Virus record (IMG/VR): IMGVR_UViG_3300025881_000010
Span: 18,527-82,526 of that record
Origin: a virus
Reading direction: 5' to 3' (one strand)
DNA: 64,000 nt
Shown here: piece after piece, positions 1 through 11,200 of the stretch
Layout: every line of letters starts with the position of its first letter
How positions within the stretch are numbered: position 1 is the stretch's first letter
The notes under the pieces: generated by a model
Databases searched by the model: none
Told to the model about the DNA's origin: nothing
Seen by the model: only the letters and a program-made list of their open reading frames with translations
Program-made: the position numbers and the translations under genes

Positions 1-3000
1 ATTGTCTAGTTCATTTTGAGAAATGTTAGTTTGAGTGCTAATTCTACTACGAGATAATTTACTTAGAAACTTCATTTTCTTAATGAAGCTTCTATAGTTT
101 TTAGCGAAAATTGTACTTGTTTGATCTCGGGCATCCATTCCAAGATTCTCTTCTGAACCTTTAGTTTTATTACGATCAATCTTCCAAGCAGATTTTGCAT
201 TATCAGCTTTATTACGAGCATCCATTCCTAAAGAAGATGCTTTTTTATACTTCTTAGTTTTGCGAGATTTTATGAATTCTTTTTCATCATCTGAAACATC
301 TTCATCATCAATATCGTCTGAAGTATCATCATCCTGATTATCTATACTATCATCCGGATTATCGGGATTGTTGTCTGGATTTTCGGGATTATCAGGATCT
401 ATATTATCATCAGTATTAATAGGATTTACTTTATCAATACCAAGCATTTTATTGACGATAGCATTTTTAACAGCATCTCTATTTTTAACTCTGATATCTT
501 CTTGACGATTGGTAAGCTCTCCATTATTCATGATAGCTTCAGCAATACCATTTAAAGTTTCAGGACTTACTTCTCCAGTCTCTTCAAATTGCTTGAAATC
601 TTCATCTGATACTGTTTCATTTTCATCTGTAACAACAGCTTCCTCAGCCATCTGTTCAGCTTCAGCTTCCGCAGCTTGTTGAGCTTCTTTAGATTTCTTA
701 CCTGTTACATTATCAACTTGATCACTTTGAAATTTCTTTTTAGCAACTTTTAGTTCTTCATCAAACCTAGCATTGATTTCTTTGATATCGGTTTCATCTT
801 CGACACCTTCAAGTTCTGCAGCACGTTGTTCTTCAATACCGGCTTTCGCTTTTTTGAATTCATCATAACCTTTAGTAGCGTTGTCAATTTTTTCTTCAGC
901 ATTCTTCATGAAAGGACTGGTAATATTTTTCAGCCATTTATTGAAGTTAGATCCTGCAGATTTGATTTCTGGCAATACACTACTTTTCTCTCCAGCTTTT
1001 GTAAAAGCTTTAAAGTCTTTACGAGATAAACCAGTAACAACTATTTCATTCCCAAATTGATCATATTCTACTTCTACATCAATTGGGTTTGCACGTTTAC
1101 CTAAAATAAGATTACGTTGATTCTGCATTGCTTCTTGTTGCATTTGACCTAAACCAAAAGCACGTTTTTTGAACAAGTCTTTTTCTTGTTGAATCTTCTT
1201 TAGAATTTCATTTTGTTCTGATTTGATTTTAGCAGCTTCTTCTCTGGAAACTTTTCCTTCCGGACGAAGACTGTCAATCATCATATTTAATTTCTCAATA
1301 CGCTTATTTGCTTGTACCTGATAAGTTTCAATTTGAGATTGAGCATATCCTTCTTCAGCTTTGTTTTGTAACAAAGCTTGAAGTCCTTTGACATTTAGAA
1401 GTTTTCCTTCTTGTTTAACCTTGTCAAATTCTTCATACATCTGATCAAAACGTTTCTTTTCTTCTTCATTGATATTTTCGTTTTCTATCAATTTATTCAT
1501 GAAGTTGTTGTAAACATCTTTTCCTGTTTTTTCATCAATAACAAGATCAGCTATTTGCTTACGAACATGCATTTCTTGAAATGTAAGTTCTTTTTCAGTT
1601 CCTTGCTTTTTAGTTATTTCTTCAAAATTTTTGATTCTATTATGAAGCTTATGAGATTCATCAGCTTTCTTATCTATAAGATCTCCAATATTAAATACAG
1701 AACCACCAAGCGCACCCATAGCTGCAGAAAGAACTATAGTACCTCTGTTTTCTTTAGACTTATAGAATTCCCAAAAACCTCCCGGATTAAATAGCTTATC
1801 ATCTCCCTCACCTGTAACCTCAGCAATAGCTTTCTTTTTAGACCATTCTTCAAATGATTCTTGGAAAGTTTCTTCCAATCCTTCAAATCCAGCTTTACCC
1901 GCAACCTTAGCAATACCTTTGATAATAGGAGCAACATCATAACTAAACATTTTAGCAATAGTAGCACTAGAACCATTTTTAGCCATATTCATGCCCTTAG
2001 TGATAGGGTTAAGTCCTTTAAGTGCTTTCCATCCACCACCGAAAGTAAGTCCAAAAGAAGCCATATCTACAGCCATCCAAGCTGCATTGTTTCTAATAGT
2101 AGAAGCAGCCATTTGTGAAAGATCATCTTCATTGAAGATTAAATTTCCTTGAGCATCTTTTAAGTCTTTATTAGAGTTTACAACCTCAGCAGCATTTAAT
2201 ACTCCAGATAAAATGTTACCTGTAAAACCACCACCAATTGCTTCTACTCCCATTCCAGCAGCTTTAGTCAATCCTTGATCAGAAACAAGCTTACCAATAA
2301 TACCTTGTCCACTACCAAAAACTTCTTTACCTAAAGCATTTCTTGTAGCATTTTTAGCTACTGTTTTTGCCACTCCCTCAGCACCTTCTTGAAGACCTTT
2401 TTCAACAATACCTTTAGCGATACCACTAGCTGTTCTTTTAGCTAAAGCACCACCACCTTTTGATAAGAATATAAATTCTGCAAGTTGAGGTATCATTTCT
2501 GCAGCATGAATACTCCAAAATTTAGGATCCATCATAGAACCAAATGTCAAATTCTCAGACATTAGTTCTTCTGGAATATATGCTTTGTATTTAGATTCTA
2601 TTTCGGCACCAGTTTCTTGAAGATATCTTGAAAATGGATTTCCTGTAGCAATACTTTGTCCAGGAACAATTGCGGAAGCAACTTGGATTAAATCTCCAGT
2701 TCCTTTTACAATATGTTTACCAACACCTCTGGCTATACTTTTTGCTGATTCTTCCCAAAAATCACGCATGGTAAATTCAGCAGACCAAGCATTATTTCCT
2801 TTTTCAAGCTCTCCAGTACTTGCTACAGAAACACCACCTAATTGCTCTGAAGCAACTTTAGTATTTCTATTGACTTCATTTTCTTGGGGAGTTCCTAAGT
2901 CGTCAGGCATTGGCATAGCTTGACCAGCTTGTTGTTGTCCTTGATTTCTATATCTAGGATCTAAATACCTTTCATCCGTTCTTTCTTCAGCTAACGACGG

Positions 3001-3072
3001 GTTTTCGGGGGGAGCTTGCGAACTGGCTTTTTGGGTTTGAGCCTTATTCACAATGTCTAAAAAATCAGGCAT
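1..3072 (-). CDS. Giant virion-packaged (ejection/cargo) protein, N-terminal 1024 aa, runs off the window; possibly a virion RNA polymerase-type polyprotein
   Basis: Absent from the ORF track. I read it by eye from ATG 3072 (MPDFLDIVNKAQ...) and found it open to position 1. It has Gly/Ala-rich hydrophobic segments, coiled coils and an acidic DPDNP linker. Its position after the ejection proteins matches crAss-like synteny. No RNAP catalytic motif is visible in this part. Confidence 0.8.
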   Translation of the reverse strand, partial: MPDFLDIVNKAQTQKASSQAPPENPSLAEERTDERYLDPRYRNQGQQQAGQAMPMPDDLGTPQENEVNRNTKVASEQLGGVSVASTGELEKGNNAWSAEFTMRDFWEESAKSIARGVGKHIVKGTGDLIQVASAIVPGQSIATGNPFSRYLQETGAEIESKYKAYIPEELMSENLTFGSMMDPKFWSIHAAEMIPQLAEFIFLSKGGGALAKRTASGIAKGIVEKGLQEGAEGVAKTVAKNATRNALGKEVFGSGQGIIGKLVSDQGLTKAAGMGVEAIGGGFTGNILSGVLNAAEVVNSNKDLKDAQGNLIFNEDDLSQMAASTIRNNAAWMAVDMASFGLTFGGGWKALKGLNPITKGMNMAKNGSSATIAKMFSYDVAPIIKGIAKVAGKAGFEGLEETFQESFEEWSKKKAIAEVTGEGDDKLFNPGGFWEFYKSKENRGTIVLSAAMGALGGSVFNIGDLIDKKADESHKLHNRIKNFEEITKKQGTEKELTFQEMHVRKQIADLVIDEKTGKDVYNNFMNKLIENENINEEEKKRFDQMYEEFDKVKQEGKLLNVKGLQALLQNKAEEGYAQSQIETYQVQANKRIEKLNMMIDSLRPEGKVSREEAAKIKSEQNEILKKIQQEKDLFKKRAFGLGQMQQEAMQNQRNLILGKRANPIDVEVEYDQFGNEIVVTGLSRKDFKAFTKAGEKSSVLPEIKSAGSNFNKWLKNITSPFMKNAEEKIDNATKGYDEFKKAKAGIEEQRAAELEGVEDETDIKEINARFDEELKVAKKKFQSDQVDNVTGKKSKEAQQAAEAEAEQMAEEAVVTDENETVSDEDFKQFEETGEVSPETLNGIAEAIMNNGELTNRQEDIRVKNRDAVKNAIVNKMLGIDKVNPINTDDNIDPDNPENPDNNPDNPDDSIDNQDDDTSDDIDDEDVSDDEKEFIKSRKTKKYKKASSLGMDARNKADNAKSAWKIDRNKTKGSEENLGMDARDQTSTIFAKNYRSFIKKMKFLSKLSRSRISTQTNISQNELDN
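340..400 (-). repeat. Low-complexity D/N/P repeat (DPDNPENPDNNPDNPDD) in the giant virion protein
   Basis: Imperfect 9-12 nt tandem units encoding an acidic linker. Confidence 0.7.
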
Positions 3073-3101
3073 AGTGTTATTGGGTTTAATTTATGTTAAA
3101 A

Positions 3102-3109
3102 CAAATATA
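3102..3109 (-). promoter_or_regulatory. Bacteroidetes-type -7 promoter (TATATTTG)
   Basis: Matches TAnnTTTG about 30 nt upstream of ATG 3072, directly after a terminator U-tract. Confidence 0.65.
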
Positions 3110-3138
3110 AAAAAAGCAACCTACAAAGGGTTGCTTTT
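3110..3138 (-). terminator. Intrinsic terminator
   Basis: AAAAGCAACC-N7-GGTTGCTTTT hairpin with a T-tract on the minus strand. Confidence 0.8.
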
Positions 3139-3165
3139 CATATATATACTATAAGAAAGCAAATA

Positions 3166-5076
3166 TTAGAGTATGCCTAAAATTTGTTTCCATTTTTGTG
3201 CTAATTCTAAGTTACGTTTATATCCAAGTGAACCTTCTTCTTGATCGCTATTCATAGTATCTAGCCATGATGCGATAATAGTTTCAGGAGAATTACCTTG
3301 CTCATATTTTTTAAGCAATTCATTAATTCCTCCTTGTGCTGCAGCTACACTAAAAATATTGTTGTCAACACTTTTTTGTACTCTGGTAGGATCTACATTA
3401 CCATCTCCACCACTTAAATGATCAAAAGCCATGTAGAATGATTTCATCATATCATAACGATTACTTTGTCCAGCACTATTAGCACCAAAGTATTCTTCAC
3501 CTTCACCTTTGAAAGCATCATTATTGAAAACTTTAGTTTCCAACATGTTCTTAGCAGATTCAAATTGAACTTGTTGTTCAGTTTCAAGATTTTTAGCGCT
3601 ATTAATAAGTTGTAAACCTTCATTCTGCATCTGGACAGTTTCAGTAATATCGTCTGCAGGCATTAATTGAGAAAGTTTAGTTTGCATCATAGGATCTGCG
3701 ATATCTACTTTCTTATAAAAAATTTCGCCATCTTCATCTTGAAGGGCAATAACCGTAGCCATTTTTACATTGTTAGTATATCCAGCTTCCATTTTAGCAT
3801 TAGACTTTTTATCAATTTTTCCATCAGATTCATATCGGTCCATAAGCAAAGCATCAGTTTCATCACTATCCATATAAGATTCTAAAGCTGTAGAAACTCC
3901 AAGAATTTTAAAGTTACCTCTGTAATCTTCAGGATCTATAGAATTGTTACCGGTAACTTTCACACCATCTTCACGATACATATCTTCAGTAGGTGCAAAT
4001 CCCATTACCATTCCGTTCTTAATTTCAAATCCCGGAAGTACACTACTTACAATTTCATTTTCATGCCCTGGGAATACATGATATCCTTCTTTAAGACCTA
4101 ACCATTCATCATCTATCCAATCTGAATCTTTAGACTTAGCAGTAAATTTATCTTTGATCATTACTGCAGCGGCCTTATTAGTTCTTTTTAAGTTTTCTAT
4201 TAACTTACCATCATAGCCACCTTCAGAACTTGGTTGGTTAATACGAGATACATTAATATCGCGATCAACTCCAGCGACAAAAGTATTGTACATATTAAGA
4301 TAACTTTTACGTTTTGGATCCGATTCTTTTGCATATTTAGCTTTTGCGGCAGCTTCAGTAGCGGCAGCTTTAATTTTAGCAGTGTTACTTCCTAAACCAC
4401 CATATCCCATTTTTTTACCAAACTGAACTAATTGCTCCCATGTTGGTTCTGGACGATCAGGATATGTGATACCATAATTGGCACGAACTTTCATCATGTT
4501 ACTCTTATGAGTAAGTATATTTTCTATTGGCATTTCAGTACCATAATCAAATAATTCTGAAGGTGGTATTTCTACCTCAGCCATCATACCTTTATAACTA
4601 ATTTCAGAACCATCATCTAAATTATAATAATCCTCCACTGATTTTAAATCAGTAGGAGAGATTAAATGACCTAATCCTTTCTCCTGAGCCATTCTTATTT
4701 TAGCAAGATTTTCAGAATTTTGACGATAGCGTTGAGCTTCTTCTGATTCTAAAATACCGTTTTTAATTTTATTGGTATATGAAGCACCACCATTAGCCAT
4801 AAAATCAGCTTTAGAACCACCATATTTTGCCATCTGATCTCTAAGTTCAGATTGCATAATTTTAGCTCTATTGTTAATTCTATTGCGATCCTTTTCAAGC
4901 ATGCCACGAGATTCCTCATATATTTTTTGAAAGGATTCTTCTTGCATTCTTTGTGCTTCAACACTAGCTGCCTTGTCTTGATTGACACGCTGATCCATTC
5001 TTTCTAATACAGAAAGTTGTTGAACCGCAGCTTCACGTTTATCAGGGCTTTGAGCCAGTCCTTGAAGTCCGTACAT
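3166..5076 (-). CDS. Putative virion ejection/cargo protein (636 aa)
   Basis: Helical, charged N-terminus; lies in the crAss-like cargo gene block between the muzzle and the giant protein. Confidence 0.55.
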   Translation of the reverse strand: MYGLQGLAQSPDKREAAVQQLSVLERMDQRVNQDKAASVEAQRMQEESFQKIYEESRGMLEKDRNRINNRAKIMQSELRDQMAKYGGSKADFMANGGASYTNKIKNGILESEEAQRYRQNSENLAKIRMAQEKGLGHLISPTDLKSVEDYYNLDDGSEISYKGMMAEVEIPPSELFDYGTEMPIENILTHKSNMMKVRANYGITYPDRPEPTWEQLVQFGKKMGYGGLGSNTAKIKAAATEAAAKAKYAKESDPKRKSYLNMYNTFVAGVDRDINVSRINQPSSEGGYDGKLIENLKRTNKAAAVMIKDKFTAKSKDSDWIDDEWLGLKEGYHVFPGHENEIVSSVLPGFEIKNGMVMGFAPTEDMYREDGVKVTGNNSIDPEDYRGNFKILGVSTALESYMDSDETDALLMDRYESDGKIDKKSNAKMEAGYTNNVKMATVIALQDEDGEIFYKKVDIADPMMQTKLSQLMPADDITETVQMQNEGLQLINSAKNLETEQQVQFESAKNMLETKVFNNDAFKGEGEEYFGANSAGQSNRYDMMKSFYMAFDHLSGGDGNVDPTRVQKSVDNNIFSVAAAQGGINELLKKYEQGNSPETIIASWLDTMNSDQEEGSLGYKRNLELAQKWKQILGIL

Positions 5077-5077
5077 A

Positions 5078-7492
5078 TTATTGGGTTTTATAGTAATCGT
5101 TCATACTTGCTATTTGATTTTCTAAACCTGAAGCTAAACCGGGAGGGGCAATTCCCGGCGTAGCAAGCTGTGGAGCAACACCTCGATTCTGGGGCGAATT
5201 CGGTTGAGGCATTGTTTCTGCTTTTAATTCAGGCTGAGCAAGACCATTCATAGGTAGGGTTACTGGATTAACCGTTGCTCTTTGGAGTTGGGGAGAAGGG
5301 GGCAGATTAAGTTGTAATGGTTCATCAGTAAAAGGTTTAGGTTGAGGTAATGTAGAAGCTACTTCTTCTACAGGACGTTTACCACCGGCCAAAGCTTCTT
5401 CTCTACTCATTGCTAATAAACCATAATTTCCAGTTTGTTTAGCTAGATCTATATTATCCATGTTGATACTAGCTAAATCTATCTCGGGATTTTGTTGCAT
5501 GAAATCTATCATCTTTTCTGCATTACCAAAATCTCTACTTCCATTAGCCATTAAATTATCCACAACACTTTGTTGTGTAGAATTTAAATTACGGAAACGT
5601 TTATCGAATTTTTCTGCTTGCATCTTTTCATCTGCAAGAATACCAATATTTTTTTCATAATGACTACGAGTTCCTTTTTTTGTTCCACTACCATCATCTT
5701 TCATGTTAGGATCAAAACCAAACATATCTTGCATCAAATAACTTTTGTACATATGATTGGCACTTCCAGGACCATTCTCTCTCGCATATTGTAAATCATT
5801 AATCATGCTTGCAAATCCAGCGTTAGCAACTTGCTCACCTCGATTTCTTTTAAGCATAGCTTCTTGATATTTAATACCATGATTAGCTACATCTCTATTG
5901 GTATCAAAATCATTGATATACTTTACCGCTTCACCATATTGCTGAAATGCTTTTTCTTTAGCTTCATAATCAGCAATTTCCATATCTATAATACCTCTAG
6001 TTTTAGCAACTTCAAGCATTCCTTGATTACCAAGAATTGTAGCTCTGTTCCCAGCTGAAGCATTGACAATATTTCTAAGACCACCATCATAAGCTTCAGT
6101 AATATTATTTGCCATTTGAGCTTCTTTCTCAGGTGGCAATCCTATTTTAGATCTTCTTGCTAATTCTGCAGTAAGGTTTTTTACAGCTTCAGAAACTTGT
6201 TCTTCTCTTAAAGGTATATCTACCTCAGAAGCCATTTTATTACCTATTAATCCCATTGCCATTCCAGATACAGCATCTAAAGGCAACATTGGATTAAAAT
6301 TCTTTTTATCATAACCAAGTCCACTTGGTTCTGGAGCATTTAATCGAGCGTCTAAAATATCAGAAGTAAGACCTTTATTATTTTCAGAAACTTTAATCTT
6401 AGAACTTGTAGTTTCATCTCCAGTTTTTGCCGCACTTGTTTCCGAAGTACTCTTATCTGCAGGAACATCTTCAACAACTGTTTGTTTTGCTTGAGGTGGA
6501 AATTCTGAAGGATTTATTAAAGTACGTGGAGTATAATCTTCTTGATTAACTTTTAATTGTGTGGAAGATTTATTTTTTCCTACAGCTGTTGATTCTGTTA
6601 CTGTTTTTGGAAATATATTTTTATCGTTTTTATTTTTAGAACGATTTTTCCAAGACTCTAAGTCTTTATCTAAATTGGATTTTTCTCTACCAGATTTAGA
6701 TAAAGCTTTATCTTTTTCTTTCTGACTGTTTTGCTCTTTTATATAATCATTGAAAATCTCAACATCTCCGTTGTTTGAGATTTCCTGATACAATTCTCTT
6801 CTTGCTAATTCTTTAGTTTTTGTATCAACATCCATATTACTGATTGCTGAATCTCTTTTAACATAATCTGACTTTCGCTGATCAATTGTTTTTACAATTT
6901 TTTTTTCAGCCTCAGTAAGCACATCACCTCTTTTAGATCTTGCCATTACATCTTTAGTAACATCAATCTTATCTAAACCTTTTTCTGATAAAGCAGAATT
7001 ATAAGTATCAAGATATTTTTGCATTGCTACATTATCTACAGTAGCACCATCTACACCTTTTTCAGTAGATTTTCTGTATGCAGATTTACCTTGTGTAATA
7101 GCTCTTTTAGCAACTTCCGGAGATTGGAAATGATAAAACATTGTCATTTCCTCTAAGCTTAAATTTTCAGGATTTTTACCACTATCATATACTTCCATTG
7201 CTTTAGGAAGAATATCATTCTTTACATAGTGTTCAAAATAAGATTCTTGGAAAGCTGGAGAATTTATGAAATCTTCATAATTATCAGCTTTAAATCCATT
7301 GGCTTTACCAAATTTGGTAATTTCTTTCCACCAATATTTAGGAACAAATTGATATTTACCTAACGCATTGGATTGTTCATTAATAGCTTGATATCCCTTT
7401 CTAGGAGATTCAACTTTACTGATTCCAATTTTTAAATTTTGGACGATACGGTTAAGTGCTTGAGGACTTAAATTGAATGAAGGTTTCGGCAT
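5078..7492 (-). CDS. Virion ejection protein with N-terminal lysozyme/transglycosylase-like domain (804 aa)
   Basis: KVES...NALGKYQF is a lysozyme-fold motif (catalytic Glu, GxYQ); followed by coiled coils and a Pro-rich tail. Confidence 0.65.
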   Translation of the reverse strand: MPKPSFNLSPQALNRIVQNLKIGISKVESPRKGYQAINEQSNALGKYQFVPKYWWKEITKFGKANGFKADNYEDFINSPAFQESYFEHYVKNDILPKAMEVYDSGKNPENLSLEEMTMFYHFQSPEVAKRAITQGKSAYRKSTEKGVDGATVDNVAMQKYLDTYNSALSEKGLDKIDVTKDVMARSKRGDVLTEAEKKIVKTIDQRKSDYVKRDSAISNMDVDTKTKELARRELYQEISNNGDVEIFNDYIKEQNSQKEKDKALSKSGREKSNLDKDLESWKNRSKNKNDKNIFPKTVTESTAVGKNKSSTQLKVNQEDYTPRTLINPSEFPPQAKQTVVEDVPADKSTSETSAAKTGDETTSSKIKVSENNKGLTSDILDARLNAPEPSGLGYDKKNFNPMLPLDAVSGMAMGLIGNKMASEVDIPLREEQVSEAVKNLTAELARRSKIGLPPEKEAQMANNITEAYDGGLRNIVNASAGNRATILGNQGMLEVAKTRGIIDMEIADYEAKEKAFQQYGEAVKYINDFDTNRDVANHGIKYQEAMLKRNRGEQVANAGFASMINDLQYARENGPGSANHMYKSYLMQDMFGFDPNMKDDGSGTKKGTRSHYEKNIGILADEKMQAEKFDKRFRNLNSTQQSVVDNLMANGSRDFGNAEKMIDFMQQNPEIDLASINMDNIDLAKQTGNYGLLAMSREEALAGGKRPVEEVASTLPQPKPFTDEPLQLNLPPSPQLQRATVNPVTLPMNGLAQPELKAETMPQPNSPQNRGVAPQLATPGIAPPGLASGLENQIASMNDYYKTQ

Positions 7493-7504
7493 GATATGAG
7501 GGGT

Positions 7505-8224
7505 TTATCCTAGTAATCCTAATTGTTTTTTATTTTGTGATTTCATAGCTTCAAGGGTATCTAATCCTTCAGCCATACGATATTCATCTTCACGTTTTTT
7601 CTTTTCAAAGTAACTTTCTTTTGCCCCCTTTTCTTTAGCTACTCTTAATCTTCCACGATTTCTTGCTTTCCCGGCAATTACTCCAGATAAAAATGGAGCC
7701 GCTATTGTTAGACCTTTTTCAAAATCTGTAGCATCTTCACTTTTAAGTGTTTCTAATTGTCCTGAAAATGGATCTACAATTCCAGAAGCTATATCTCCAC
7801 CGCTTTCACCCCCCATAGCAGTACCGATATTCTTAGCTCCTTTTTCTACAGCTCTACCCGCAGCCATCCAAGGATTTGTTTGAGCAGCCATATCTTTAAC
7901 TCCTTCCATTGCCATCATTTGATTTTGCAATTTAGGATCATAATCATATCTATTCATAAAACCTGCATTACTGCCACCGGAACTCTCTGAAAGAGTTCCA
8001 ACGGCATCTCCTAATAAACCACCAATTTTACTTTGTGGTTTAGCAGCATTAGCAATTTTATTCTGTTGACTCATTTCTAAACCAGAAGTATCAATTTGAT
8101 TTAATTCAGGTTTAGAAAATGATAGTGAATTAGTTTTTAAAGAAGATACGGATTGAACCTGATCTCTTTGAGCTTCGGGTTGTCCGAACCTATCAAAAAA
8201 TTCATTTAAGGCTGTATCGTACAT
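7505..8224 (-). CDS. Putative small ejection/cargo protein (239 aa)
   Basis: Gly/Ala-rich amphipathic segments; directly downstream of the muzzle gene. Confidence 0.5.
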   Translation of the reverse strand: MYDTALNEFFDRFGQPEAQRDQVQSVSSLKTNSLSFSKPELNQIDTSGLEMSQQNKIANAAKPQSKIGGLLGDAVGTLSESSGGSNAGFMNRYDYDPKLQNQMMAMEGVKDMAAQTNPWMAAGRAVEKGAKNIGTAMGGESGGDIASGIVDPFSGQLETLKSEDATDFEKGLTIAAPFLSGVIAGKARNRGRLRVAKEKGAKESYFEKKKREDEYRMAEGLDTLEAMKSQNKKQLGLLG

Positions 8225-8232
8225 ATTGTAGG

Positions 8233-11200
8233 TTATTGGTGGCTAAATCTAAGGTGGTTTATAATTGCTAAGATATCAACTTTATTTTTGTTTAAGCTCT
8301 CTGCAGTAACTTCAACATATACCCAATTACCTCTAAGGTCTGCATATTCTTCAGGTATCTCACTTTCATTCTTAGCTGGTATAGTATGATTCCCTTCTCT
8401 AATTTTGTACCATCCATGAGTACCAGGAACAATTCTATATTGTTTTAAACTTGATCTATAAATTACTTGTTTTATTGGATAATCCAAAGAGGTAATTATA
8501 GAAATTCCTTTATGGATAAAAACTTTATCTAATTGAGCATTTACATAGAATCCTATCTTCAATTCTTTTTGCTCGCCAAATAAATTTAAGTAATCTCCTT
8601 CATTAAGTTCATGTAGCTTATTAGGGCTTCCGTTTACTGGAGAATAAATCTTCTTGTCAAAGTTAATATAAAGATCGTTATTATACTCATATTCACCATT
8701 AAAGACATTCAACATTTCATTCAATGAAAGTAATATGGATTTTCCACTTTTAGTACGAATCCTAATATTACTTTCTTTCATCTCATGATCATAGTAAGCT
8801 TCAGTATCAATAATTGGATCCTTTTTAAACATTTCAAAATAATCCATGTGAAGCAATTTCATAGCTAACATAGGTTTATCTAATTTGATAAACTCTACAT
8901 TTTTTTCATCAAAAAAGACAAATCCATAATCGCTTTCAGCTACAGCTCTACGTATAGAAGTTCCATAATCTGAAATGATTCTATGACCATCTACAACTTG
9001 TCCAGAACCTTGTTTAATATTGATTGGTTGTCCTGATTGATCAGTAAGTATTCTATCAGTTCCTATATATATCAATGAAGTTTGACCTTCTTGAATAGCA
9101 TAGATTTCTTCTTTATGTCTAAAGATGTTAGATACATCACCTTTATTTTTTTCTAATTCAGCATAGAAATTATTAGGCTTGAACATTGTCCATGCATCAT
9201 AGATCTCTCCAGCAATTTTTACATTTGAAACAGCAATTACATTTCCTAAATTAGGATCGTCTTTATACTGAAATGGTTTTGGTATAAATTGCTTTAATGA
9301 CTTAGAATTAAAGTATGCCGGATTGATCATTTCAGTTCTATTAATCTGAAAATTATGAGAACCTGAATCTTTGTAAAATTCATATCCATAAGTTTGCTTT
9401 GGCTCTACTTGCGTTTCTAAAACATTTACATAAGCCCAAGCTCCTTCTCTAAGCCATGTTTTAATTTCACCTTTAGCTCTACCACCTCCAGCATTATCAA
9501 ATTCTATTTCTTCAATTTCATTTTCTCCGGAATCATTTTTTGTTCTTATGTTAAGCGTAACATAGGTATCAGCACCACAGTCAAAAAATTGAGCTCCGCT
9601 ATTTTTTGAGACTGGAATGGTTTTACTTAAAGGAATATATTTGTTATTGCTATAAGCTTGTTCAGTTCTACCACCATACACAGCTTCTCTATTGTTCCTA
9701 AAAATATTTATCAAAGGATAAGTCTCATAAACAATATGATTGTTGATAGGTCCTCCTAATCTTATTTCTGAATCAATTTTATAGATATCTCCACCTATAA
9801 ATTCATCAGTAAATAAATCTTCTTCTGTTTTAATTATTGTAGTAGGATAACCAGGAGAAGGAATTACATGATTAAAAAGATCAGCTCTAGGTCTTCCACC
9901 TTGTAAATCCCATCTTCTTTGATAATCACTAAAGAACCAAGGCATACAAGGAAGTACTACAGCATTATTAGAAACATCGTGATTTATACCAAAAGCAGCT
10001 CCCGAGATTATTTCTCCACGATTTAAAGTTTCTGCAGCTTCTATAGAAAATTCTTTTTTAGCGTATTCTGTATTTTTAGCAAAAACAGAAACATTGATAA
10101 AGTAAGTTTCATGAGTACCACTTTCTCTATCTTCTCTAGCTCTTCTTGGTAATTCATCAGTATGATTATCTCCAGCTACTTCATTCTCTAAAATTTTTCT
10201 TGAGAACTTAGGATATATTTCTGGAGAAAAACCATTAAAGCCGCCATGTTCCATAATTGTTTTTGGAGAATGATCAGTATTTAATTTAGATACTACAGAT
10301 AACTTTGAAGTTTTTATATGTTGATCGGAAATCTTATTAAAATATAAGTCCGGAGAATCAAAATACATTAATCCTCTATGAGTAATTATACGTTCACTAG
10401 AACCATCACCTTCATAATTGAAGTTTTCTCCATTGGCATCATATTGTTGTAACCCTCTTTTTTCATAAACCGGACCGCCGTAATAAGGAAGATTCCATTT
10501 GTTTTTTAAAGGAACTGGAACATCATAATGAATTGAATCGTTATTATGCTGCATCCTGTTTAAAGGCGCTGCAATACCTTGACAAAGAATAGTTCTATCG
10601 TTCTCTGTTCTTTCTACATATAAAATTTGATACATAGAAATTAGATTTTGAATTTCACAGCTTAAACGAACTTCAAAATGCATTTTAATTCCATGACCAT
10701 AAAGAATACCATTCTCTACGGATTGATTTACGTACTTCTTAGAAGTTATTACAGGATTTCCTTGATCATCTATGTAAGATATTAAATCGTTGATTTCAGG
10801 TATCATTAAATCACCAATAGGAATAGCAAAATATCTACTTGATGCAGTATCATAAGATTGAAACGATAATCGGTAGATCTCACCTTTCATATTATACTTC
10901 TCTCCTGAAGGTTTTATGTAATCTAATATAGGCCCGTTACCATCGTATTTAGATTGAGCTTGATTTAATAAAGGCTCTTTGAATTCTCTATAAGTAACTC
11001 TAATTCCATTTCCTTGATTGAAACCAATTGATTCAGCACCATGAATAAAATTAGATTGATTTACTCCAGGATCTAAAAATTTAATGTCATTTTGAAAAGT
11101 TTCAATGAATTGATCATTATTAGATTCAAAAACATAATTACTAAAATCAGTAGCTATATTTTCATCTAAATAGGTAAACAATAACTGACCGTTATTGTCT

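Noticed and set aside
826-2118. Short ORFs 826-1029, 1411-1794, 1734-1976 and 1861-2118
   Set aside because: Antisense or off-frame shadows of the giant 1-3072 gene. The same applies to the other nested ORFs inside long genes (e.g. 3667, 4749, 5460, 14588, 20773, 26854, 30262, 33745, 55230, 56298, 61561, 62887, 63020).
1-3072. Definite call as virion RNA polymerase
   Set aside because: The catalytic DxDxD region is not within the window; only synteny supports it
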